A stretch of DNA of 64,000 bases from Thermodesulfobacteriota bacterium (GCA_049320885.1 JBMORA010000001.1:210622-274621); one strand, 5' to 3'. Positions 42,221 through 51,818 are shown, counted from the stretch's first letter. A program made the numbers and translations. The notes: generated by a model not told the origin, from the letters alone.

Positions 42221-44459
42221 AACTCTGAATATTGGCCAACCGTTTGGCCAGGTAGGACAACTCGCGCTGGGCGGCTGTCAGATATTCCCGATAGTCCCCC
42301 TTGCTTTCCGGGTTGAAGGAAGTCGATACGCAGGCAAAACGGATCTCGAAAGGCATCTCCTTGACAAGGAACTCGCGATCTTTCAGGAGGGAGGTGATCC
42401 GTGCCAGCGAAGTCCTGGAGTCGTCTTTGGACGTCATGGGTTGAATGACGATCAGCAGGCGGCTGTCGACGATCCCCACGATATCGGTGTCCCGCACGAT
42501 CTTCACCAGGTCTTCCATCACCGCGGAGGTGACATCCTCGCGCGAGATCGAACCCTGGGGCACGGCCTTTTTCGGCGTGACTTTCACGGGTGTCAGCACC
42601 AGGGTTGAAAAAGGCGTATGATACCGTTTTGCGCGGCGGATTTCGCTGTCCAGGATGAACAGGGTGCTGCCCTTGTTCAAGGTCCGTTTGGGGACGCTCT
42701 TCTCCTCGGTTTTCGCCTCCGGCGCGGCAACCATCTCCCGCCGCAATTGCTCGAAACGGTCTTCGGACATCCCCCGTTCCAGCATGGCCTTCTTCACATA
42801 TCCCAGGATGGCGTTGACTTCTTCTTCGGACGCCGCCTCGACACTCAAAATATTGCGGATAGCGGCTTTGCTGTCGGCCGTGTTTTCCCCGGAACGGAGT
42901 TTTCGAAGAACCAACTCGGATTTGAGCTGGCGCATGTTTTCCTCCAGCCGGGCCATGATCCGATATTCGATATCCTTCAGCATCGCGGCATCCAGTTGTT
43001 TGTTTTTCAAGGCTCCGATCAGGTCGTTTCTGGCTTTCGCGTACATGCCGTCCAGCTGTTTGCCTTCGGTTCCGGTTTCGGAGTCGGCTTCATCCAATGC
43101 CATGCGGCTGCCGACGGTTTCGATATACTCCACCAGAATTCCGGTCAACTCGCCCCGGTCGCCTCCGCCCCTCCGGATTTCCGAGGCCAGATAAATCAAT
43201 TCAGCCGCCTCCTTCGGATGTTCCAGGATTTCATGAATCAGGATGTCGCCTTCCAGTCCGATCTCCCTGGCGCTCTGATCCAGCATCCGGGATAGGTTGT
43301 CGCTCTGCAATTCCGCTTTCAATTCCTGGATCAGGTTATAGAAATCCGCTAGGGGCATGCCCTCGGTCATCAGCCCGTGGCGGATTTTCGGCAACAACCG
43401 CCGGAGTTCATCCGCTTCCGGAATCAGCCGCACGATAATCTGGGCCAGACGTCTGATGGGAACCTCGCCTTTCCGGTATTCCTCCTGGACGAGTCGGATC
43501 AACACCGAATCCGTCAGTTCGTCGATTTCCTTTCGGATATCGTTTTCGAATGGATAGACGGTTCCCAGCGCCTTCTGGGCCTCCAGACCTTTCAGCAGCC
43601 GGCCCTTCAGCTCCATCACCCCCTCGGCAAGTCGCTTCAGATCGACATCCGCGTCGCCGCCGCGACCCACCTTATTGCGAATGGATTGGATCTGGCGGAT
43701 GATCATGGGGCCGGGCGTCTGCCCCTTACCCCGATGTTGTTCGGCAAACGCCACATCCGCCCGGATCATCTCCGCGGATATGACTCCCGGATCTTCCAGC
43801 AGGGCGGCAATGGAAAATTGGTTCTCAAAAGACTCGGAAATCGCCTCCGCCATCATCATTCCCAGCACATCCTCCGTGGTGGGGCCGGTCACCTTCGCGC
43901 GCAGGTCAACCACTTCCCCCTGAACCATCCCGCCGATCCGGTTCCCACCCGACGGAATATCACCGTCCAATGCCGATAGCTGCTGCTGTAAACGCTCCCG
44001 CAAAACGACTTCTTCGTCCAGGGTAATTTTTTTAAAAATCACATAATTGATGGTGGCACTGGCGACCCCTTTTGTTTCCAGTGCTTTTTTCATGCTCTTT
44101 ACATCGGGGGTTCTTTTCGTATCGAATACAATCTCCACCAGTGTCTGCAATTCCTCCAGGGTCATCCGCCGCTCGAAGGAAATGGACTGAATTCCGGCCT
44201 TGACGAAATAATCCGCCAGACGCGCTGTATTGATATGATAATCGACGGGTTCGTCTTCGATGAAAAACTTCTCCTGATTCATGGAAAAAATGATGGGCGA
44301 CACTTTTTTGAATCCCTCCTTGAGGGCCTCGAAAAGCTGCTCCACCGACCGGACCACCGCCGGATGTCCGGGATGATACATGGCCGCCTGGTTATATACC
44401 AGATTCATGCTTCGGCCGATCTTATCGGCCGCCAGTTTGCTCAGTTCCGGTTGTTTCAT
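42213..44459 (-). CDS. Large helical protein with C-terminal degenerate GGDEF-like domain
   Basis: C-term SEIRRAKRYHTPFSTLVL...VRDTDIVGIV. GGDEF motif replaced by DSRLL. RBS AAGGAG. Confidence 0.65.
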   Translation of the reverse strand: MKQPELSKLAADKIGRSMNLVYNQAAMYHPGHPAVVRSVEQLFEALKEGFKKVSPIIFSMNQEKFFIEDEPVDYHINTARLADYFVKAGIQSISFERRMTLEELQTLVEIVFDTKRTPDVKSMKKALETKGVASATINYVIFKKITLDEEVVLRERLQQQLSALDGDIPSGGNRIGGMVQGEVVDLRAKVTGPTTEDVLGMMMAEAISESFENQFSIAALLEDPGVISAEMIRADVAFAEQHRGKGQTPGPMIIRQIQSIRNKVGRGGDADVDLKRLAEGVMELKGRLLKGLEAQKALGTVYPFENDIRKEIDELTDSVLIRLVQEEYRKGEVPIRRLAQIIVRLIPEADELRRLLPKIRHGLMTEGMPLADFYNLIQELKAELQSDNLSRMLDQSAREIGLEGDILIHEILEHPKEAAELIYLASEIRRGGGDRGELTGILVEYIETVGSRMALDEADSETGTEGKQLDGMYAKARNDLIGALKNKQLDAAMLKDIEYRIMARLEENMRQLKSELVLRKLRSGENTADSKAAIRNILSVEAASEEEVNAILGYVKKAMLERGMSEDRFEQLRREMVAAPEAKTEEKSVPKRTLNKGSTLFILDSEIRRAKRYHTPFSTLVLTPVKVTPKKAVPQGSISREDVTSAVMEDLVKIVRDTDIVGIVDSRLLIVIQPMTSKDDSRTSLARITSLLKDREFLVKEMPFEIRFACVSTSFNPESKGDYREYLTAAQRELSYLAKRLANIQSFM

Positions 44460-44478
44460 TGTCCGCTGGTTTCTCCTT

Positions 44479-45372
44479 CTATCGGAGACAGTTTTTCTGA
44501 TACCATCTCAAGGCGTTGGCAAACGCGGCGCAGGTCCCGAAGCGTTTGCCCGGATGGTGGGCCACGGCTTTTTCAATGATCTGGTCCATCTTGACATTCA
44601 GGTTCGGATTCAGCGCGGAGGGCTTTTGACGGAAAATCCCCTCCACCGCGTCTTTCTTGTGTTTCAGCAAGTCCATGGGGGAATCGTATTCCGGCAGCGG
44701 CAATGTTCCCGCCGCCATCTGAAACAGCATGACGCCCGCGGCGTACACGTCCGCCCGCCTGTCGACGTTCGTCCCGGTGATCTGTTCAGGCGCCATATAC
44801 AGGGGTGTGCCCTGCAACAGGTCTTTTCCGGCGTCATCGCCCTTGAGAAACCTGGCAGTCCCGAAATCGGAGATGAGCGGCCTTTGGGTATGGGATTCGA
44901 TCAAAATATTGGCCGGTTTGATATCCCGGTGGACGATACCCTGTTGATGAGCGTAATCAAGGGCCTCCAGTACCTGGATGACGATGGCCAGGGTGCGTTC
45001 CAGGGGCAGAATCCGCCTGGACGGCAGCGGATGTCTCTGAATGTCCTGAATTTCCCTGGCCAAATCCCTTCCCTGGATCAGCTGCATGCTCATGAACAGG
45101 AATTCCGGCGTTTCGCCGACTTCATATATGGGAATGATATTCGGATGGGACAGAATCGCCGCGGCTTCCGCTTCCTGCTGGAAACGCTCGGCGGCCCTGG
45201 CGGTCATCATGACTTTGGGCAGAATCTTCACCGCGATCTGGCGTTTCAGGGTTTGTTGAAACGCCAGAAACACGATGGCCATGCTTCCCCTGCCGAGTTC
45301 CCTGAGGATCGTCGCGGTACCCACCTGAAAACCGATCAGGTGATGGACGTCATAGGATTGTATGGATGCCAT
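44479..45372 (-). CDS. Hanks-type Ser/Thr protein kinase (kinase domain only)
   Basis: LGRGSMAIV, AVK, HRDIKPANI, DFG, GTPLYMAPE, DVYAAG. Confidence 0.92.
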   Translation of the reverse strand: MASIQSYDVHHLIGFQVGTATILRELGRGSMAIVFLAFQQTLKRQIAVKILPKVMMTARAAERFQQEAEAAAILSHPNIIPIYEVGETPEFLFMSMQLIQGRDLAREIQDIQRHPLPSRRILPLERTLAIVIQVLEALDYAHQQGIVHRDIKPANILIESHTQRPLISDFGTARFLKGDDAGKDLLQGTPLYMAPEQITGTNVDRRADVYAAGVMLFQMAAGTLPLPEYDSPMDLLKHKKDAVEGIFRQKPSALNPNLNVKMDQIIEKAVAHHPGKRFGTCAAFANALRWYQKNCLR

Positions 45373-45628
45373 ATCCCTTTGCGATCTTTCCGAAGGTGAC
45401 GTCATGAGTTGGAAAGTAAAACATCCGCCCTGCAGCCTGATCATATTAGACCAGGAAAGTGGAGATTGCAACTCGAAGCAAAACCGCCCCCGGAGCAATC
45501 GCATGGGAATTATCTGCCGCCTTTCTGTCTTTTCGTGTTTCATCTGCGGATAGTTTTATTTTTCTCTACCGATTTTTCCCCAATAATTTCATTGTTATAC
45601 AAATTTTTTCAGAACCGGAACATTGTCC

Positions 45629-45657
45629 TTGATTACAATAAACAAAATGTTTATTAT
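45629..45657 (+). promoter_or_regulatory. higBA promoter with overlapping palindromic operator
   Basis: TTGATT-17bp-TATTAT, with the inverted repeat AATAAACA-AAA-TGTTTATT at 45637-45655. Confidence 0.7.
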
Positions 45658-45663
45658 CGTTTG

Positions 45664-45945
45664 ATGATTAAATCGTTCCGTTGCCGCGAAACTGAAAAGA
45701 TATTCCATCGTGAATTTTCGAAAAAATTTCATCGGGATCTTCATGTTCAGGCCTTTATGAAACTTAATGCGATTGACGCGGCCGTGAATCTTGAAGACTT
45801 GCGGCAGCCTCCGTCCAACCACCTCGAAGCGCTAAGGGGGGACCGCAAAGGACAGTATAGCATCAGAATCAATGAGAGATGGCGCGTGTGTTTTGAATGG
45901 TGTAACGGCAATGCGGAACAAGTCGAATTTGTTGATTACCACTAA
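45664..45945 (+). CDS. higB: HigB toxin (RelE superfamily)
   Basis: MIKSFR, DLRQPPSNHLEALRGDRKGQYSIRINERWRVCF, VDYH. Confidence 0.92.
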   Translation: MIKSFRCRETEKIFHREFSKKFHRDLHVQAFMKLNAIDAAVNLEDLRQPPSNHLEALRGDRKGQYSIRINERWRVCFEWCNGNAEQVEFVDYH

Positions 45946-45955
45946 GGATGCCATT

Positions 45956-46270
45956 ATGACGAAACATCGAATTTCACCGATTCACCCTGGTATGTATCTG
46001 AAGGAATTACTCGACGAGTTACATATAACCCAATACCGTCTTGCTCAGGATTTGGGCGTGCCTGCAATGAGGATCAATCATGTTGTTCATTGTAAAAGAC
46101 CGGTAACGGCCGAGCTGGCATTGCGCTTGGGACGTTATTTTAATCAAAACCCTCGCTATTGGATTAATTTGCAAAGCCGGTATGATATGGATGTTGTCGA
46201 AGATGCTCTTGCAAAACAAATATCTCGTGAAATAAAACCATTGGCGACAAAATCCGGGCAAGGGCGATAA
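45956..46270 (+). CDS. higA: HigA antitoxin (Xre HTH)
   Basis: PIHPG..LKE, TQYRLA..LGV, VTAELALRLG, YWINLQ..YD. Confidence 0.92.
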   Translation: MTKHRISPIHPGMYLKELLDELHITQYRLAQDLGVPAMRINHVVHCKRPVTAELALRLGRYFNQNPRYWINLQSRYDMDVVEDALAKQISREIKPLATKSGQGR

Positions 46271-46316
46271 CGCAGCCATATGGTTTGTAACCAAACAATT
46301 TTGCCGGAGTATTTCG

Positions 46317-47147
46317 ATGCCCCCTGAAGAAACCGCCATTGATGTCTGGATGCAGCATCCGAATCTGGATTTCATCAACCATGCCATGTTCGCCTCCCTG
46401 CGAAGGTGGATGGGCATGACGACGGTGACGGAACCGATCCCCGTGGAGTGGACCCTCGCGGCCATGGATCAGGGCCGGGTGGGAAGGGGTCTGATCAGCG
46501 CCTGGTGGGGTCCCCAGGGGCCGTTGATTGCCAACGAGGAAGTCGCCGGGCTGGTGGAACGGCATCCGGACCGCTTCATCGGCATCGGCGCGGTGGATCT
46601 GCACCGGCCCATGGCGGCGGTCCGGGAAACCCGCCGCTGCATCCGGGAGCTGGGTTTCAAGGGCATCCGCATTGTCCAGTGGTTCTGGAACCTGCCGCCC
46701 ACGGACCGGCTGTACTACCCGGTGTACGCGGAATGCGCGGCCCTGGAGGTGCCGGTCTGCCTGCAGGTGGGCCACACCGGCCCCCTCTGTCCGTCGGAGC
46801 CGGGCCGGCCCATTCCCTATATCGACCAGGTGGCCCTGGATTTCCCGGAGCTCAAATTGGTCTGCGGCCATATCGGCTATCCCTGGACCACGGAAATGAT
46901 CGCCGTGGCCACCAAACATCCCAATGTATTCATCGACACCTCGGCCTACACGGCCAGACGCTACCCCGGCGAGCTGGTGGAATACATGAAACGGAACGGT
47001 CGCAACAAGGTCCTCTTCGGCACCAACTACCCCATGATCACCCCGGCCAAATGCCGGGAGGATCTGGGCTCCCTCGGCCTGGACGACGAAACCTTGGCCT
47101 TGTTCCTGAGCGGCAACGCGGAACGGGTTTTTGCCATCGCCGATTAA
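46317..47147 (+). CDS. Amidohydrolase-2 family metallohydrolase
   Basis: HPDRFIG, YPVYAEC, VGHTG, GHIGYPW, IDTSAY, LFGTNYP, GNAERVF. Confidence 0.85.
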   Translation: MPPEETAIDVWMQHPNLDFINHAMFASLRRWMGMTTVTEPIPVEWTLAAMDQGRVGRGLISAWWGPQGPLIANEEVAGLVERHPDRFIGIGAVDLHRPMAAVRETRRCIRELGFKGIRIVQWFWNLPPTDRLYYPVYAECAALEVPVCLQVGHTGPLCPSEPGRPIPYIDQVALDFPELKLVCGHIGYPWTTEMIAVATKHPNVFIDTSAYTARRYPGELVEYMKRNGRNKVLFGTNYPMITPAKCREDLGSLGLDDETLALFLSGNAERVFAIAD

Positions 47148-49120
47148 TCGATTAAAACCAGCGTTTCATCTTCAAGCCCCTGCATCACCCCGGCGGACAC
47201 GCTGCCCAGCACCAGCCGTTTGATGCCCGAGAGGCCGCGTTTGCCCATGACCACCAGGGAGTATCCGTCCTCCCGGATTTTGCGGAGCAGGGCCGCGGGC
47301 ACGTCCGGGCCGGATTCGATCAGTTCCAGGGCCATGCCGCGCTCCAAACCGAGGATTCGGCCCATCCGTTTCCAGGTGGTGGCCGCCTCCCGGGCTGTTC
47401 CGGACAGCACATGCACGCAATCGAACGCCATTTCCGGACGATGGGCCAGCAGGCGGTCCAGGCATTTGATCACCAACAGGCTGGTGTCCGACAGATCCAG
47501 CAAAACGAGCATGCGGAACGGCTTTTTACCCGGCCCCGCCAGACAGAACACCCGGCCCCTCAGACGGTGCATCAGCCGCTCCTGCCAGACCGCATCCCGG
47601 TTGCGGGCCACCAGAATCATGCCGTAGCCGCCTTGAACCACGGCTTCGAGGATGGCATTCGCCGGGTCGTCGCTGACCAGCATGCATGAATCAGCCACCC
47701 GTGGAACCACAGACGCCTCGGACGACCGGTTGGCGCCAAGCCAGCGTCTGAAGGGTTCTTCCGCCCCGACCAGGCTTTCCGGCTCCGAAGCGTCCGGAAG
47801 AAACATGGCCCGGACATGCCGCACCGGCTCCGGCGCTGCAAGCCAGTCCAGCAGCCTTTGAAAAACGGCCGCGTCCTCCGGCGCCGTGATAGCCCACAGT
47901 TGCCGCGCCGGATTTCGTTTCAGCAATTTGTGTTCCAGATCGGTCCGGTTCCGCCGCCAGGCGGGCCACCTGGCGCAGGCAAAGCCCTGGTCCAGCGTGA
48001 CCCGCTTGAGGCAGCTGCCGCAATCCACGCAGGGCGTTATCCGCAACCCCTGCCGCGCTTTTTCCAACCAGCGGTCATCGGTTCGCAGGGGTCGCCCCAA
48101 TCCGATGAGATCCGTGACGCCGTCATCCAGCAGTTGTTCGGCGGTTGCGGCATCCAGGATCCGGCCGGCCAGGATCACCGGCGTCTTCAAACGTTTTCGC
48201 AATCCGGCCGCATCTTCCCGAAGATAGGCCGGTCTGGACGCCAGCGCCTTGTAGTCGGCGGAAAAATAGGAGTTATAGGATCCCGCGGATACGGACAGGT
48301 AGGCAATCCGCTCCTGCTGCAGCCGGGTTGCCAAGGCAGCGGCCTCGTCCGGTTCGATGCCTTCAGGAACCCATTCCCGGAGCTGGAGTCTGAATCCCAC
48401 GGGAAAGGATTCGGGCAGCCTCTGTTTGACGGCCTGGAGAACCTCCAGGGGGAAACGCAGGCGATCCGGCAAACCGCCTTGGATCGCCGAAGGCCTTGTA
48501 TTGGTAAAAGCCGACAGGAACTGGTTCAATAAATATCCCGAGGCCCCGTGCAATTCCACGCAATCGAAACCGGCCTGCCAGGCCCGCTGGGCCGCCAGGG
48601 CGAAGTCACGGGCGACCCGCCGCATATCGGTTTCTTCCATGCCGGTGGTCCAGCGGTTTACCAGCAACAGCAGACGCTGGGTCAGGGCGAACCGTTTCTC
48701 CAGGGGAAAGGAACGGACAAAGTCGGTCAGCGAGGCGACCTGGAAGGCCAGGTGTTTTCCGGTAACTGGCGTGGGCAGAAGCGGCCGGTCGCCCCGGGCA
48801 AAACGTCCGGCATGATTGAGCTGCAGACACGCCGCGGCTCCTTCCCGGCGGATGGCGCCGGCCAGCTCCCGCAGGCCGTCAATCTGGGCATCCCGATCCA
48901 CCCGCAGGTTATGCAGGGAGGTACACCCGTCTTGCGCGACCGCGGCATTGGCCACCACCACCATGGCGACACCCGTTCCGGCCAGTCGGCGATAATGATC
49001 GATCAACATGCCGCTGACCTGCCCGCCGGGCAAGGCATAACCGGTGAATACCGGAACCGCCACCAGCCGGTTTCTCAGTTCCAGGGAACCGAGTCGAAAT
49101 GGGAGAAACAGCGAGGACAT
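47144..49120 (-). CDS. NADH:flavin oxidoreductase (OYE family) fused to universal stress protein domain(s)
   Basis: LRNRLV, QLNHAGR, AGFDCVELHGASGYLLNQFLS, GRPL, CVDCGSC. C-term VVMGKRGLSGIKRLVLGSVS. Confidence 0.8.
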   Translation of the reverse strand: MSSLFLPFRLGSLELRNRLVAVPVFTGYALPGGQVSGMLIDHYRRLAGTGVAMVVVANAAVAQDGCTSLHNLRVDRDAQIDGLRELAGAIRREGAAACLQLNHAGRFARGDRPLLPTPVTGKHLAFQVASLTDFVRSFPLEKRFALTQRLLLLVNRWTTGMEETDMRRVARDFALAAQRAWQAGFDCVELHGASGYLLNQFLSAFTNTRPSAIQGGLPDRLRFPLEVLQAVKQRLPESFPVGFRLQLREWVPEGIEPDEAAALATRLQQERIAYLSVSAGSYNSYFSADYKALASRPAYLREDAAGLRKRLKTPVILAGRILDAATAEQLLDDGVTDLIGLGRPLRTDDRWLEKARQGLRITPCVDCGSCLKRVTLDQGFACARWPAWRRNRTDLEHKLLKRNPARQLWAITAPEDAAVFQRLLDWLAAPEPVRHVRAMFLPDASEPESLVGAEEPFRRWLGANRSSEASVVPRVADSCMLVSDDPANAILEAVVQGGYGMILVARNRDAVWQERLMHRLRGRVFCLAGPGKKPFRMLVLLDLSDTSLLVIKCLDRLLAHRPEMAFDCVHVLSGTAREAATTWKRMGRILGLERGMALELIESGPDVPAALLRKIREDGYSLVVMGKRGLSGIKRLVLGSVSAGVMQGLEDETLVLID

Positions 49121-49141
49121 ACGCTCCTTATGCCGAATCGT

Positions 49142-50257
49142 TCAGCCCGCACCGCCGGATGATTCGGTTTGATAATCGTAGCGCCCTTCATTGCGGCGGA
49201 TATTGCGTTTTTCCCATTCCTGGCGGTCGTTGTTGAAATGCCGCATCAAAACCGGCAGCCGCTGCAGCACCCCCAGCTCCGACGACGGCCTCCAATCCAG
49301 CAGCGCATGCGTGTATCCGGCATCCACGATCAGCGGCCGGTCCACATAGTCCAGCATCCAGCGCCGTTCATAACGGCGTTGCCCCAGCAGAACCTTGAAG
49401 CGGTTGCGGATGAACAAGGCCATGCCGGCGGCAACGGGTGGAACAAAGATCGGCCGCGCCGCGGAATCGAACCCCATCCCCTCGCGGATGAGGGGGAAGA
49501 GTTCCCGGTGAAGCGTGCAGCCGCTGGGGGCGGCAAACAGTCTTTCCAGCGGCGCCAGCCGGTGGGATGCCTGAAGCACCTTCCGGACCGCCCGCACCAG
49601 ATCGTCTCGATGGATATAAGGAAAACCGGAGGTCCCCTGCCCCGGCACCATCCTTCCGCTGGGCATGGGGCTGCTCCACATTCTGATCAGGCTGTACAGG
49701 GGCGGCAGTTCGCACCAGTCGCTGAATACGCCGCCGATGCGCAACGAAACGCAGGGGATGCGATCATGGTAGTCCATCAGCATGGTTTCACCCAGCGCCT
49801 TGGATCTGGCGTAGGCCACCTGCCCGACGGGAGTGGATTTTTCCGTCAGCATCCGTCCCGGAGGCGGCGGCGGAAGGGAGGCGATGCTGCCGGCGAAAAC
49901 AAACCGTTTGGCATTGACGGCCACGGCTGCATCCAGGGTGTTTCTCAACCCGGCCACATTGATCCGTCCGTATTCCGGCAGCCATCGTTTTCCATAATGA
50001 TAAAACGCCGCCAGGTGTATGACAACATCAACCCCGCCATACCGTTCCCCCATTCGGCTGGTCCAGTCGACCAAGCTGCGGGCATGGGTGATGTCGACGC
50101 CACCCCATTCCGCTCCCCGGGCCTGGTTTCTCAGATCCCGGGAAGGCGGCCGCCGGTCCAGCCCCAACACCATATGATCGCGGCAAAGATCCACGCATAT
50201 GGCCGACCCCAGGTAACCGGAAGAACCGGTGACCAGGACGACGGGAAGACGGTTCAT
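49142..50257 (-). CDS. NAD-dependent epimerase/dehydratase (extended SDR)
   Basis: VTGSSGYLG, HLAA, YARSK. Confidence 0.85.
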   Translation of the reverse strand: MNRLPVVLVTGSSGYLGSAICVDLCRDHMVLGLDRRPPSRDLRNQARGAEWGGVDITHARSLVDWTSRMGERYGGVDVVIHLAAFYHYGKRWLPEYGRINVAGLRNTLDAAVAVNAKRFVFAGSIASLPPPPPGRMLTEKSTPVGQVAYARSKALGETMLMDYHDRIPCVSLRIGGVFSDWCELPPLYSLIRMWSSPMPSGRMVPGQGTSGFPYIHRDDLVRAVRKVLQASHRLAPLERLFAAPSGCTLHRELFPLIREGMGFDSAARPIFVPPVAAGMALFIRNRFKVLLGQRRYERRWMLDYVDRPLIVDAGYTHALLDWRPSSELGVLQRLPVLMRHFNNDRQEWEKRNIRRNEGRYDYQTESSGGAG

Positions 50258-50412
50258 GGATTTCACCAGGCGCTCCTCCGTAATGGGATGGAATTTTTGC
50301 CACACTTTATTATCAACATATTGTTTTGTAAATAAATTACGGATATAATGCAAGGAAATTTCACCACCGGCGACGCCCTGGAAAAGCAGGCGAGGATAGG
50401 ACAGGAAACAAC

Positions 50413-50441
50413 TTGCTGAACTTTAATCGATTTGGTATAGT
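50413..50441 (+). promoter_or_regulatory. Putative sigma70 promoter (extended -10) for the actin-like gene
   Basis: TTGCTG-17bp-TATAGT with TG two bases before the -10 element. Confidence 0.5.
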
Positions 50442-50726
50442 TGCTGCATTGTCATTGTTACCGATAATGACCGATAAAGAGTCATCCCGACAGCATAACC
50501 CCGAAAACAGCCGTGCCGATGAGGAACAGATGGATTTGCGGATATGCTGCGGATGAAGTCCCGTGGCATTCACCCCAGAGATGAAAGGGCCGAAGCATCC
50601 GTCCGGCAGCATCCGGCGGGAATTCCTGCGCGCAATGACGTTCGATTTCCGTGTTGTACGCGGCCCCCTGAAACGAGATCAGCCAGCAAGTCAGCAAACG
50701 AATTTATCGGAGAGGAGGAAGGAACA

Positions 50727-51818
50727 ATGGTCGACAAAAACAAGAAGCCCCTCAAGAAGGACGCTGCCGAGATGGTCCAGGCATTTGAACAGATTTTGAA
50801 GCAACCGGAGGAAACCTCGGAGCTGAGCCAGAACGCCATCGGCGTGGATATCGGGACTTCGAAAACCGTCTACGCCGTGAATGGTAAAGAGAGCGGAAGC
50901 AAGGATTATTTTTCCCAACTGAACGCCTTCATCGAGGTCCCCTACTCCCGTTTTACTGAAAACATATTGAAACAAAACAAAATCCACCATTACAAACTCG
51001 GGAACTCCCTCATCGTGTACGGTGACGGCGCGGAACTCTTCGCCAACATGCTGAATACCGAAACCCGGCGCCCCATGCGCAACGGCCTCCTGAACGCCAA
51101 GGAAGCCAATGCCATTGAAATCATGAAGGGCATTCTGGACGACATGATCCCCTCCGCCGCCCTGCCCAATACCCCGCTCTGCTTTTCCATCCCCGGAGCG
51201 CCGAAGAATGCCACAACGGATATCATCTATCACGAGGCGATTCTGAAACGCCATCTGGATGAAAAAGGCTTCAAATCCCGAAGCATCAACGAGGGCATGG
51301 CGGTTGTTTTTTCAGAACTGGAAAAGGAGAATTTCACCGGGTTCGGCATCAGCTGCGGCGGCGGGATGTGCAATGTCTGCCTGTCCTATCTCTCCATCCC
51401 GCATATCACCTTCAGCATCATCAAGGGCGGGGATCATATCGACGATGCAGTGGCCTCGGTCACCAATGAGGTCAACACCCGCATCCGGGATATCAAGGAG
51501 AATCAGCTCGATCTGCTGGCGAAGGCGGACAATGAGATCGAGGACGCCCTGCAGATCTATTATGATGATCTCATCCGGACGCTGATCCGCTCCATGAAGG
51601 AGAGTATTGAACAGACGTCGAAGATTCCAAAATCGGATGCCCCCGTCCCGATTGTGCTCAGCGGCGGCACGGCCAAACCGAACGGATTCAGGGAGCGGTT
51701 TGAAAAATGCCTGAAAGAGGTGGACTTCCCGCTGGAAATCAGCGAAATCCGGCTGGCCAAGGACCCGCTGAAAGCCACCGCCAACGGCGCCCTGATCGCC
51801 GCCATGTACGAAGGTTGA
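50727..51818 (+). CDS. Actin-fold ATPase, volactin-like (not MreB/FtsA)
   Basis: Phosphate-1 GVDIGTS, RRPMRNG, FSIP, INEGMAV, phosphate-2 ISCGGGM, GGDHID, adenosine IVLSGGT, ATANGAL. RBS GAGGAGG. Confidence 0.75.
   Translation: MVDKNKKPLKKDAAEMVQAFEQILKQPEETSELSQNAIGVDIGTSKTVYAVNGKESGSKDYFSQLNAFIEVPYSRFTENILKQNKIHHYKLGNSLIVYGDGAELFANMLNTETRRPMRNGLLNAKEANAIEIMKGILDDMIPSAALPNTPLCFSIPGAPKNATTDIIYHEAILKRHLDEKGFKSRSINEGMAVVFSELEKENFTGFGISCGGGMCNVCLSYLSIPHITFSIIKGGDHIDDAVASVTNEVNTRIRDIKENQLDLLAKADNEIEDALQIYYDDLIRTLIRSMKESIEQTSKIPKSDAPVPIVLSGGTAKPNGFRERFEKCLKEVDFPLEISEIRLAKDPLKATANGALIAAMYEG

Noticed and set aside
50467..50799. Possible selenoprotein by read-through of ...ICCG-TGA (CxxU-like)
   Set aside because: No RBS and no convincing SECIS hairpin. 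The read-through product would overlap the actin gene by about 70 nt and looks non-protein-like.
50727..51818. Calling the actin-like gene mreB or mamK (magnetosome)
   Set aside because: The phosphate-2 and surrounding motifs differ, and no mreC/mreD or mam genes are in the window.
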